NCBI RefSeq assembly: GCF_006345805.1
Contig: NC_043002.1
Coordinates: forward strand, 70,246,001-70,310,000
Length of the DNA: 64,000 bases
Direction of reading: 5' to 3'
From: Octopus sinensis
Taxonomy: Eukaryota
Within the stretch, counting starts at the first letter, position 1; every line of letters starts with the position of its first letter. Made by a program: the position numbers and the translations under genes. This document shows positions 12,701 to 24,424 of this stretch, one piece after another. Under the pieces are notes generated by a model. It did not search any database and had not been told where the DNA came from. It worked only from the letters and a program-made list of their open reading frames with translations.

Positions 12701-13167
12701 TTTTTAATGTCTCTACCCTCATACTTTCTTGAGTTGAATTGAGCAAAAACTATATGAGAGAGGTTTTCTTTAAGTGTTAGAAATAGTTTTTTTTTAGCTG
12801 CTATTTCTAACGAGTTCAGTATGCGGCAAAAGTAATTATTTTACTAAGCCCTTTTATATAATGTAATAATTTGAATTTGCCTTAAATGGTCCCTTTGCAT
12901 ACTGAATACTTGGTGAAATTGATTAATTAATTAATTAATTTTACCCTCAATTGTTGAAATTATAATTCATCTCTCTCTACTTAATTATCTCGGATTTTAC
13001 CGAAAAAAGCATAGTGTTTGCTGATTTTAACCCACGCTGGTGGAAAGGGGAGAACAGAAAATTTTTCTCTTGCATATTTGAGTTAGTTAGCACTGTTAGT
13101 TTGGAACAGATCTTCAGAAGCGATAACAAGCCGAAAGGGTATGCTCCCATTTTCAGTGTTTTCAAAC

Positions 13168-13254
13168 TCAAACAAGGGCATTCTGAGCTGATGAGAGAAG
13201 GGTCGATTTTGGCTAATCTTGAAACGTACGTACTCAAATAACCTTTGCATTTGA
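13168..13254 (+). ncRNA. Type I hammerhead fold, unit 7 (intact core)
   Basis: CTGATGA 13188-13194; predicted cleavage after 13232. Confidence 0.8.
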
Positions 13255-13508
13255 TTTTTTAATGTCTCTACCCTCATACTTTCTTGAGTTGAATTGAGCA
13301 AACACTATATGAGAGAGGTTTTCTTTAAGTGTTAGAAATAGTTTTTTTTAGCTGCTATTTCTAACGAGTTCAGTATGCGGCAAAGTAATTATTTTACTAA
13401 GCCCTTTTATATAATGTAATAATTTGAATTTGCCTTAAATGGTCCTTTGCATACTGAATACTTGGTGAAATTGATTAATTAATTAATTAATTTTACCCTC
13501 AATTGTTG

Positions 13509-13554
<46 letters not shown>

Positions 13555-13957
13555 ATATATTATGAAAGTAAATATTGAAGAGTAATGTTTCTTGCCACTT
13601 CAACCAGGTGGAGAGGATGTTCTCTTGGGGTTAAAAAAAATGGTAGTAACGTAGTTCCGTACTGAACAGCCATGTTGAATTGGCAACAAACCTTACTTTT
13701 CAGTATTGTTACTATTTACATCTCTTATTACAAATTTTAGAACTAGCTACTTTACTTAAAGCAAACATTGTTTGTTTTTTTCTCCTTTCCAAATTTGTAT
13801 ATGCATGTCAATGTCGAATATGTTTATCAAGGGGTTTGAACTAATTTCGTGTATTGAAATTGAAACAATTGTATCACCGCATAATGACAGTATACATACT
13901 TTATCATCACAACCATAACTATCATTACCAGTTTGCACACACATGACATATACCCAC

Positions 13958-14025
13958 GGACATAGTGGTTAAACGTCCAGGCTACTAACCCCAAGATTCC
14001 GAGTTCGATTCCAGGCAGTGACCTG
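13958..14025 (+). mobile_element. Very short tRNA-derived SINE with (TAA)n tail
   Basis: A box TAGTGGTTAA and B box GAGTTCGATTCC; ends CAGTGACCTG-(AAT)n. Further copies at 20344-20437 and 32926-32959. Confidence 0.75.
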
Positions 14026-14061
14026 AATAATAATGATAATAATAATAATATAATAATAATG

Positions 14062-14131
<70 letters not shown>

Positions 14132-14142
14132 TAATAATAATA

Positions 14143-15490
14143 CTAAAACAGAGCTCAATGCTAAAAACAAGATAATAGGTATTAACACTTTAGCTGTCCC
14201 ACTTATAAGTTACAGCTACAATATCCTTAACTGGACACTAAATGAACTGACCAAAATAGATAGGAAAACAAGAAAAATAATGACAGGTCTAGGATGCATC
14301 ACCCAAAATCTGACATAGAAAGACTATATATACAACGTATAGAAGGTGATAGAGGCCTTATACAGCTGGAAAACTACTATAAAATAACCACCATAGGACT
14401 GCAAAAATATCTACTTCAGAAGGAAGGAAAACTGATACAAATAGCGGCAAAACACGAGCAAAACAAAAAACTGTTCTCAGTATTTAAGGAAGCTGACAAA
14501 TACAAACAAGAAATCATACCACCTAACAAACATAAAGAAAAAGAAGAAGAAGATGAAGAAACAACAAAAGCTATAAAACAAATGAAATCCAAACTAACAC
14601 TAGAACAGCAAAGAACCATGATAAAACGATGGCAAGAAAAAGCCCTCCACGGTAAATACTGGACTAAACTAAATGCAAAAGAAATAGACAAAGAAAAATC
14701 CCAGCAATGGTTGAGAAGCTCAGGACTCAAAGCAGAGACAGAGGGATTTTTAATTGCAGCACAAGACCAAAGCCTCCCCACCAGAAATTACCAAAAACAT
14801 GTAATGAAAAGAAATATAACAAGTAACTGCAGAATATGTGGAGATGGACAAGAAACAAGAAATCATATTATCTCTGGCTGCCCAGTCCTGGCTAAGAAGG
14901 AATATATTCACAGACATGACAGAGTTGGAACCTACATACACTGGAAGCTATGCCAACATTATGGAATAACAACAGAAAAAAGATGGTATAGGCACACACC
15001 AGAAAAGGTCACAGAAAATGAGAAAGCAACCATACTCTGGGATATGCCGATACACACAGATAGAGAAATTAAGGCCAACAGACCAGATATAGTTGTCAGA
15101 GATCATGAAGAAAACAATGCTTTCTAAGTGATGTATCAATACCGGCAGATGACAATGTGTCTCTAAAAGAAATGGAGAAACTTTCAAAATACAAAGACCT
15201 GGAAATGGAGGTAACCAGAATGTGGAATCTAAAAACAGAAACAATTCCTATCATAGTAGGTGCATTAGGCATGATAAAAAACTATTCAGACAAATACATA
15301 ACAAAAACACCAGGACTTACAAACACATATAACATACAGAAAATTGCACTACTAGGCACTGCACACATCCTACGCAGAACACTTTCCATACAATAACCAT
15401 CAGAGCATCACAACAAATCACAGCACATACCCAAGGCACACAGAGCTGCGCTCGGTAGTGAAGTGAAAGCACGCTATAAAAATAAAACTA

Positions 15491-15493
<3 letters not shown>
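14143..15493 (+). mobile_element. Dong/R4-like RLE LINE, 5'-truncated (family 2)
   Basis: LKTELNAKNKIIGINTLAVP..., HHPKSDIERLY, LHGKY, GLKAETEGFLIAAQDQ, CRICG..ET..HIISGC zinc knuckle, RHD, RPD, EK.SKYKDL. Frameshifts near 14290 and 15120, stop at 15396. About 97-bp 3' UTR, then (AAT)n. Confidence 0.93.
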
Positions 15494-15578
<85 letters not shown>

Positions 15579-15770
15579 CGTTATCTCAAGTTTAAAAACA
15601 AACATAATTTTCTTGTGGTTTCTTAAACATTCTCTAGAACAACACTATGTAGAAAACCAAATATGTGGCACCCTAGGCATAACACCAGCATGGACTTCCA
15701 ACTTGTCTCTTGAGGTCTCTGGGTGAGACTTGGAGCCAACTTGTACAAATGTAAAGCAAAAGTCAAACAT
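15579..15770 (+). mobile_element. Isolated 3' UTR of Dong/R4-like family 1
   Basis: Co-linear with 6937-7110 (ATCTCAAG.TTTAAAA.CAAACATAATTT...GAGACTTGGAGCCAACTTGTACAAAT.TAAAGCAAAAGTCAAACAT); flanked by (TAA)n. Confidence 0.88.
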
Positions 15771-15854
15771 AGAATAATTATAATAATGACAACAACATCA
15801 AAAACAACAACAACAATAATAATAATAATAACAACAACAACACAGACAAATAGC

Positions 15855-15995
15855 TTAGGAATGAGAACCCAGGTTCGAAATTTCCCCAAGACACCTGAGG
15901 AAGGCTGGAGGGCATATCAGCCGAAACGTTGTGTTAACAATAAACAAGATGAGGACAAATATCCGTCCAGTGTAAATAATGGAAATAATGTAACA
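15855..15995 (+). mobile_element. About 170-bp dispersed element with a minimal hammerhead (Penelope pLTR-like), copy a
   Basis: GACAC-CTGAGGA-A-GGCTG-(10 nt)-CAGCC-GAAA-CG-TT-GTGTT at 15890-15935. Confidence 0.75.
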
Positions 15996-16884
15996 TACAC
16001 TACCGTCAGAAATTAATTAGCACCCTTGATTTGCTCTTCACTCAAGGTATGTGCTGTCACCTAGTGGCCATATCTCGAACTATTGCTTTGTTGCGAGTTC
16101 ACTGTTGCGCAGAACGATGACGTAACTTTGTTTGCAGAGCAGTTTGAGAGTCTACAGCCTTATGATGTTGACATAGCAGTGCAACAACAACTTGGAGTGC
16201 GGATGCAGACAAATCTTCCTTTGTTTAATAGATATAGGTAGCGCCTCGCAAGGACCGAAATCACACCATACTAAGTTTTCTCATCGCGTAAGACGTTTTG
16301 AACAGCTCATAGGTTAATTGATTTAACCTATTTAATGCAGAAATTTGAGAAGTGCTAATTAATTTCTGACGCAAGTGTATACCTATTCTTATCTTGTATA
16401 TGTTACGAGCAATATTGAAATGCATTCTTAGAAGTTTGTGCAAAATGCTTTGCGCGCTTTGGTTATATTCCTTTACGCTTTAATTTCATATTTCTTCGAG
16501 GTTACATTTATCTCTCATTCTTCCAAAGTCTTTAAAAGAAGCAATATAATCGTATTAGAGATTTAATTTTAATTTTTCAATAATTGTAATATCTTCTCTA
16601 GATTATATTTTACTTGATTCAGTCATTGGACTGCGCTCATTCTGGAGCACCACATTATACTTATTTTTCTATTCTTCCCTCCTACCATTCACCAAATATA
16701 CGGCCTTCGCCTTTGTAGGAAATCATTATAGATTATTACGCATCAGTGTTTTCGTTTGTAGCTTTAGGCTCTAGTCAATGCTTCTGTATTCCACTATATC
16801 TCAATAAATACACTCAAATAGGTTATGGGTGCACTGTTGGGAGTTAAATTCTCAGTAGCGAGTAAATGTTGAACGAACCGTTAT

Positions 16885-17262
16885 GATGCATAGATTGTGC
16901 ACATAGGTTAAAGAGCTGAATTTGAAACCACAGAGATTTGGTTTCTGTCCACTGCGAGGAAACTTGGACGTCTTCTGCAATCGCTCCGGTCCGACTAATG
17001 TCTTGTGAATGAATTTGGTAGACGGAAGCTGTGTGGAAGCACATCGTCTATACGTATATGTGTCTTTGTGCTTGTCTCACCATTGTCTGATAACCGGTGT
17101 TGCTTTGGTTACGTTTCCGTAACTTAAAGGTTCAGCAAAAGAATCCGATAGGATAAGCACAAGACTTAAAGATATGTATTGGAGGCGAATTGTCCTATCA
17201 AACCCATCAAAGCGGTGCCCCAGCATGGCTTTAGTCCGATAACTGACACAAGTAAAATATAA
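16885..17262 (+). mobile_element. Old diverged SINE family A copy
   Basis: Retains GAATTTGGTAGACGGAAGCTG, TCCGTAACTTAAAGGTTCAGCAAAAGA and GCGGTGCCCCAGCATGGC. Confidence 0.75.
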
Positions 17263-17299
17263 TATATACTACTAGTTCAAAATAAATGTGAGTATAACT

Positions 17300-18700
17300 C
17301 TTAAAGAACTGTCTGGAGTATTAACAGTTACTATTATGGAGAATGCAATGAAATCAGTTCCAAATATGCTATTTTCGGTATCACAAATCTGCAAACATCA
17401 ATCAATCATATTAGAGATAAAATTCGAATTTTATTGTTTATACGAAAAATATTTCAAATTCTGGCAAAATTCCACCTTAGATCAACACCATAAGATATTT
17501 AATTTTCTATGGACTTTCTGTGTCCCAGATATAGAATCGGTCTTTGTTGGGGGTTTGTAGTTGTAGGGGATGCAGTTGTTGGGGCATGAAGAGGGAGGCC
17601 CGTCTTCAGGGTGTCATTTTTGTTATCTTGCTGACGTGCAGACCCCTTTTATTGTGTGAAACGCGATGTAGTCATTTTCAAATGTGCTATTTTGGGTAAT
17701 ATGATTTTATAAATATTAAGTCAATCGAACTAGAAAAGTGCTTTGAATTGTATTGTTTGCATGAAAAATATTTGAGAATCTGGTAGTATTCCAAATTTAT
17801 TCCAGTCCTTAAGGTTTTTACTAAATTTTATGTGATTTTTATGTCCCGGTTATAGGAACGAGACACCGTTGTTGGTCTCACAATAGGGCATTACTCCTAT
17901 ATTTTGGGTATAAAAAGCGGGTTAGTAACTGTCGGAGCTGAAGTGTATTAGGCTCTGAAGAAGACGATGACAAATCTTTATGCTGCAGTTATTGGTATGC
18001 TGTGGGTGAGGAATTTCTATGAGTGATCTTCAATAGTGTAAAACTTAATATTTGTAGCTCCCTACGTGTGTGCTGTTAATATTTATTGCTTTCTTAATGT
18101 GTTGTTATTGTCTGTGATGTTGAAGAGCAATATTAGTTTGATCTCGCTAGAGAATATTTCTGAACCTCTGTTCGTGGAATCAGTACAGGTTTGACCTGCA
18201 GTGTCTTGATTGCATGCGAATAATGTTTAAATGTGGAAGATTAAGATTAAGCAGCAACGAAAGGTTATACTAGCTACTGGCTACATAGGAGTGAGCGTTG
18301 TTAGAGGTGATGTCATGTTGGCCGTTGATAACTGCAGATGAGGAAAAGTCTTTGGAACAAAACTGAATGTTGACGAACACAGTTTGATAGGTTTGTCCTA
18401 TTGATGAGGAGTAAGTGATTTGTATCACGGAAAAAAGAACAATGAATGACATTCGTGTTAAAAAGGAGACACATGTGGAGTTTAGGTTGGATCGGAACCG
18501 AGAGACATTAGAGAATATGTAAATTGATAAACTGAATTTTCAGTCGGATTTAGTGTTATGTTTGGCATCTAGGAAAGCGTAGAGGGTATCAGTGCACGGT
18601 AGGATTACGACAACGATAATTTCTGCCTTGGAGCCTTGTTGGAAATTTTGCTGCTGAGCGAATTCCGATAAAGTCAATATGTGGTCCAGGAAGTAATCAT
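17300..18700 (-). mobile_element. Possible highly decayed Penelope RT remnant
   Basis: Weak translated resemblance only: IQITYSSS...VFVNIQF, and LKYFS.KQ.NS....SID occurring twice about 370 bp apart. Many stops. Confidence 0.25.
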
Positions 18701-18732
18701 AATTACATCGAGTAGTGCGATGTGTTGACCAC

Positions 18733-18786
18733 CCATTACACTTCCCATTACACTTAACATTACACTTCACATTACACTTCCCATTA
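18733..18786. repeat. 12-bp minisatellite (CATTACACTTNN) x about 4.5
   Basis: Directly visible. Confidence 0.85.
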
Positions 18787-19484
18787 AAAACAAGTCAAAG
18801 AGTGTGATCTCCTACTCGTTACCTCGACTTCATACGATAACGCACTAAAGGCACTTGGTGACCCAAAATAAAACGACGATATACGGACTGTTTCAGAAGC
18901 TATAAAGGATGGCTATGAACTTAGATCAAAAGAGAAGGAAAGAGAAAAAGTGAGAGAAAACACAGAGAGTATGAGTGTGGAAAGAGGGAAAGAGAGGATG
19001 AATGAGAAAGAGGAGAGAATGAGTTTGAGAATTAGAGAGATACATTCAAAATAGGAGCATCAAATGAGGTGAGTAATATAAGCAAAAATTTGGACTAGAG
19101 AGAAAGAGAAAAATACCACAGATAATTATTTCTCTCACATTAACAATTGATATCCGGAAAATCACTTAAGCAATCTAGTACATATAAATTCAATAATTAC
19201 AGCTCGATAAATGTTCAAGTTAATTATCTTTTAACAGTGAGAGTGTCTCTGAATGATAAGATATCTTATGCCAACCAGATTCTAAAAACATACAGTAAAT
19301 TCGTATTTCGACTCTGTCTATGTTTTCTCAATACACTGCATGACCTGTAAACGTATGCAGTCTCTACTTCATGGCTTTATCTCTTCGATTACTCTTTCCA
19401 ATGTAATGCTAATTTATTCACGCTGTTTTGAATTAATCATGCATTATCTCGTAGCTTTGAGCTCTTGAGGATGTGATTATTTAT

Positions 19485-19625
19485 TTACATTTGATGGATA
19501 TTTGTCCTCATCTTGTTTGTTAACACAACATTTCGGTTGATATACCCTCCAGCCTTCCTCAGGTGTCTTGGGGAAATTTCGAACCTGGGTTCTTATTCGT
19601 AAGGTATTTTTCGTTGTTGTTGTTG
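19485..19625 (-). mobile_element. Minimal-hammerhead element, copy b (degenerate)
   Basis: Reverse complement GACAC-CTGAGGA-A-GGCTG...CAACC-GAAA-TG-TT-GTGTT (19522-19567). Confidence 0.75.
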
Positions 19626-19649
19626 TTAGTATTATTATTATTATTATTA

Positions 19650-19683
<34 letters not shown>

Positions 19684-20240
19684 GAGTGAGAGAGCAGTGC
19701 ATGCCATCAAAGTGACACTGGGGTAAAATATACGAAGCCCGATATACCCATCATGACTACCCGTCTGATAAGGGTACACTAGGCACATGCATCACAACCA
19801 TATGTGCGCGACATGGTGATCTCATATCAAGATAAACAGCACATGACCTTGCAGGTGGGGTCCAGTTAGAATTTTGTTCTGGTCGAGTAGCCCATCCCGC
19901 TCAAAAGGTCCCTGAATAAGGGTTGTTTAAGGATGTTGAACGAAACACCCCTGTTTCCAAAGGTGAATTATTCAAACCCCAGAGAATCCCTCTCAACACA
20001 TGGCTATGATGCTCCCCCACTACTTCTGCTTGTGATCAGAGATGCACATATCGTCAGCCACTAAGGGACATGCTCAACTGGTTAAGGTAAAACAACTGAC
20101 AAGCAAATCTGTGGTATTGAGCAGAATATTTGCTGTAGTCCATCTTTTATACCAAGACAAAACAATGTACATGATAACACTTGCAATCAGTTAAGATCAG
20201 AAGCCATGAGAGCCACTGCCTGGTACTGCATCAGGGCATT
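19684..20240 (-). mobile_element. About 555-bp non-coding interspersed element embedded in (TAA)n
   Basis: Balanced-GC block with sharp ends, bounded on both sides by (TTA)n. On the minus strand it ends CTCTCTCACTC-(AAT)n. No long ORF. Confidence 0.6.
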
Positions 20241-20343
20241 TTATTATTATTATCATCATCATCATCATCATCATCATTATTATTATTATTATTATATTAT
20301 TATTATTATTATTATTATTTTATTATTATTATTATTATTATTA

Positions 20344-20433
20344 TTCAGGTCACTGCTTGGAATCGAACTCGGAATCTTGGGGTTAGAAACCCGCACTCTT
20401 AACCACTACACCGAGTTCGATTCCAGGCAGTGA

Positions 20434-20437
<4 letters not shown>
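20344..20437. mobile_element. Short tRNA-derived SINE (minus strand) fused head-to-head to a plus-strand 3' fragment of the same SINE
   Basis: Minus copy 20344-20412 and plus fragment 20411-20437 share the CC at the junction. Confidence 0.8.
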
Positions 20438-20515
<78 letters not shown>

Positions 20516-20532
20516 TATAATAATAATAATAT

Positions 20533-21624
20533 AATAAAACTTCACTCTATTCTGAAAGAGAGCAAAAACTTCGCTACTGATCTCTTAGATACCTACCAGA
20601 TTGATCAGGCTGAAGGAAATGCGCCAACTGCTGCTGCAAAGAAAATAAAATTGATTGCAAAGACAAAAGCGCATGAAAAATTAGCTAGCAGATGGGAACA
20701 GAAACCTCTGCATGGCAAGTATGTGGCCCGTAGCAAACAAGCTGATGTCGACCAGAAACACACGCACCAATGGTTAAGAAGCTCAGGGCTTAAAGCGGAG
20801 AGTGAAGGTTTCATATTAGCTGCTCAAGACCAATGCTTATTAACCCGGAACTACCAAGCCAATGTAATAAAAAAATGGAGCTGACCCAAAATGCCGATTC
20901 TATAACGATGAGATTGAAACAATAGACCACCTAATCTCAGGGTGTAGAGTCTTAGCACCTGTAGAATATAAAGTAATGCATGACAGAGTCGGCCAGTATT
21001 TACAGTGGACAATATGTCGGCATTATAAAATCAAAACAACTGACAAAAGGTATAAACACCATCCTGAAGCTGTGACTGAGGGAGAAAATGTGTCGATTCT
21101 ATGGGACTTCCCCATACATACCGACAAAACTATAAAAGCTAATAAACCGGATACTATCATAAAAGATCAGACAAAAAGGATATGTTTATTAATTGACATG
21201 AGTATTCCTTGCGATCACAATATAGCGGCGAAAGAATTTGACAAGATTAGTAAATATAAAGACTTGCTAATAGAAATTGAAAGAATGTGGCATCTCAAGG
21301 CGACTACAGTACCAGTGATTGTAGAATCTCTAGGAAGAATAAAAAAAGGTACTGAAACCTATTTGAAAATGATACCAGGCTTACCATCCTACAGGAATTT
21401 CAAAAAATCGTGTTAACTGGAACGGCTCATGTACTGAGAAGAGTATTATCGCTGTGAAAGCAATATCCATTCATTAATTTATTTATTCATTAATTTTTTT
21501 AAATACATATTTTACCTGTGAATTTGCACGTGTAATCTGGGAATGCATACAATGAGCTTCTCTGCCCCAGGTGTACGGAAAACACTCGGCGAGAATCGGA
21601 AGAAAATTTGAAGAAAGAAGGAAA

Positions 21625-21626
<2 letters not shown>
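20533..21626 (+). mobile_element. Dong/R4-like RLE LINE, 5'-truncated (family 3)
   Basis: WEQKPLHGKY, GLKAESEGFILAAQDQ, ETIDHLISGC, MHDRVGQY, LWDFPIHTD..IKANKPD, IDMSIP, KISKYKDL. Frameshifts present. Distinct 3' UTR of about 170 bp, then (AAT)n. Confidence 0.92.
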
Positions 21627-21700
<74 letters not shown>

Positions 21701-21709
21701 CAACAACAA

Positions 21710-21883
21710 CAACATCGAAAAATACCACAGGAATGAGAACTCAGGTTCGAAATTTTCCCAAGACACCTGATGAAGGCTGGAGGGCGTATCAGCTGAAACG
21801 TGTTAACAACAAACAAGATGAGGACAAATAGCCGTCAAATGTAAATAATGTAAATAATTCCTCATCTCTTAATTATAGAACTG
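21710..21883 (+). mobile_element. Minimal-hammerhead element, copy c
   Basis: GACAC-CTGATGA-A-GGCTG...CAGCT-GAAA-CGT, then a 3-nt deletion that removes the cleavage site and part of stem I. Confidence 0.75.
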
Positions 21884-23125
21884 ATTATTTATTGTTAGAA
21901 GGAAATGGTAGCGTAGGTATGAGAGGCTGGATCCGGTCAGTTTGAACAGGTAAAGTATGTGGGCCTGGTTTGACCGGTTTAAATTCTAAAGGGTTAAATC
22001 CTTTACCTAATTAATTATAAGTTTCCCACTGTCTGTTTGTTTGATGATCCAAAATGGAAGCTTCGTCTCGTCGAAACAATGTTGCTATTTTGTGATTTAG
22101 ATACCCGATAAAGCTAATTAATTCCATGCGTGCAATGGCCAAGTAAAAGATATGAACGGAACTCAGTCCTTTCCTTAAATACAAGACTTAATAAATCCGA
22201 GTCATTATGACCGTCTATTCAAGAAATCAGTATTATGTGTGGTCTTTGTGCTTAAGTTGTATTTCAGACGTAAAACCGACATGGAATAGAAAGGCAAGCT
22301 GTTGATGAAGACGCAAATGGTGACGAAAAATCTATGAGACAGCCGATTAATTGACTGATTGAACGATTAATCATACAAATGATTAGTTAATCAATTAACT
22401 GATCAACCGATTGGCAAATAATAACAAAAGGAGAAAATGGAAGCAGAGCGTGTGTTTGTAATAACAATGAACCTCTCGAGATACAACAAAAAAGTATTAT
22501 TTTTCTGTTTCTTTTATGATATAGATATTCCTTGAATTTTCAGATCTCAGTGAAAAGTAATGGTTATTCGTTATTAAATGCTCATATTGGAAATTTTTCC
22601 TCAATTTTCCTCGCGTAACAGTTATTTCCCTTCACGCAGGCATATTTTCTTGTCGAATGTGTGGCCAAAGATTTCTGGTTTCTGAATATTTTCTGTTTAA
22701 TTTCATCGCTTAAAACTTTAAACTATCAATTTTGTTGAGTAGCTCGATACATTTTCCCTTGATCACTGATGCGACAACCATGTTTGTTGGAAAATTATAT
22801 TTCAGTTTCATCATTATAAACTCTATCAATTGTATTTCTTTAATATTTTTTAATACAAACAATTTGCAGAGCAAACAAACAAACTTCTCTTCGTTTTATA
22901 TTAAAAGTGAATTCTACCTCCGCTATTAATTGCAGTTCCAAAACAGATCTTTACGCTAATGCAGAGGTTTGGATAGTGAAATATCTTTCTTGCTAATGTT
23001 TTCATATCGATATTGTCGCTTGTTAGCTTTAACATATCCAATCCCATACAGCCACTCACATCGCGTGATGTATACATTATGTTATACATCACGCAATATA
23101 CATACAAAGATATACATATATATAT

Positions 23126-23139
23126 AAAGCGGTATTTCG

Positions 23140-23183
<44 letters not shown>

Positions 23184-23196
23184 ATAGCGGTATTTC

Positions 23197-23249
<53 letters not shown>

Positions 23250-23336
23250 ATTATATAGACACAGCACGTATCTCTGTCTGTCTCTATCTTTATCTATCTA
23301 TCTATCTATATACCTATTATATATATATATATATAA

Positions 23337-23372
<36 letters not shown>

Positions 23373-23487
23373 ATGCAGATAAACATGCTTGAGTTTGATA
23401 TATTAAATATGCATATGCACATGTAAATATACATAGTGATATATATATATATATATATAAAGCGGTATTTCGTATATATACATATAT

Positions 23488-23523
<36 letters not shown>

Positions 23524-23533
23524 GCGGTATTTC

Positions 23534-23601
<68 letters not shown>

Positions 23602-23690
23602 GGATTATATAGACACAGCACGTATCTCTGTCTGTCTCTATCTTTATCTATCTATCTATCTATATACCTATTATATATATATATATATAA

Positions 23691-23721
<31 letters not shown>

Positions 23722-23790
23722 TTGATGCAGATAAACATGCTTGAGTTTGATATATTAAATATGCATATGCACATGTAAATATACATAGTG

Positions 23791-23800
<10 letters not shown>
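23126..23800. repeat. Tandem duplication of a unit of about 333 bp rich in microsatellites
   Basis: AAAGCGGTATTTCG at 23126 and 23459. The unique spacers are identical; only microsatellite lengths differ. Confidence 0.9.
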
Positions 23801-23824
<24 letters not shown>

Positions 23825-24424
23825 GGGAGAGAGATAGAGAGAGAGGGGGGAGAGAGATAGAGAGAGAGAGAGGGAGAGAGATAGAGAGAGAGAGGAACAA
23901 AAACTGAAAATGTTCAAATGATGAACATTCTCTGTTTAAGCATATCGATATTTATATAATTACAGAATAAATTTACATGGGTTACAAAACATGCAGAAAT
24001 CAAAGGGAAGAAGGCATGGTATTTGAAGTTCGGCTGCTGTTTCTGGGGGATTGGAATTACATAATAGTTGTAATGCGTATAACTGTGCGATGGAATGTGC
24101 AAAACGTCAATGATATGCAATTTGTAGTGGATGCATATAAACACTACCGCAAAATCGACTACTGTCGTCAGGATGGAGAGATCGGCAACTGACCATTTGA
24201 ATATTCATCTGAATATTTTCAGTTTTTGTTTGTCTTTTTATATATCCCTAAATTTATATTTACATGTGTATATGCAGGTGTGCATATTTCATATATCAAA
24301 TCCCAGCCTGTTTATTTGCATCACTACCTCCATAACAGCTCACCTAGAGTTTTCTGATAGCCATTCTTTACCTTACAGGCTTAGTGCACGATAAATAGCA
24401 GTACTACGTGTCTTATATTTTCTT

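Larger units (their letters stand above)
9704..13514 (+). repeat. Tandem array of about 6.9 x 550-bp ORF-less units, each with a hammerhead fold (retrozyme/satellite-2-like)
   Basis: The anchor CGCTGGTGGAAAG starts at 9728, 10287, 10840, 11391, 11941, 12484 and 13035 (period 543-559). Units differ mostly by homopolymer indels. Both ends abut (TA)n. Confidence 0.95.

Noticed and set aside
9704-13514. CRISPR array or protein-coding tandem repeat
   Set aside because: There are no variable spacers, the unit is about 550 bp and the context is eukaryotic. The 60-107-aa ORFs change frame between copies and match nothing I recognise.
13958-14025. Functional tRNA gene (also the SINE heads at 60540-60615 and 63180-63250)
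   Set aside because: A and B boxes are present, but there is no proper acceptor stem, the anticodon differs between copies, and each runs into a SINE body or tail.
22260-22350. Exon after the TTTCAG acceptor
   Set aside because: All three frames hit stops quickly and no donor site follows.
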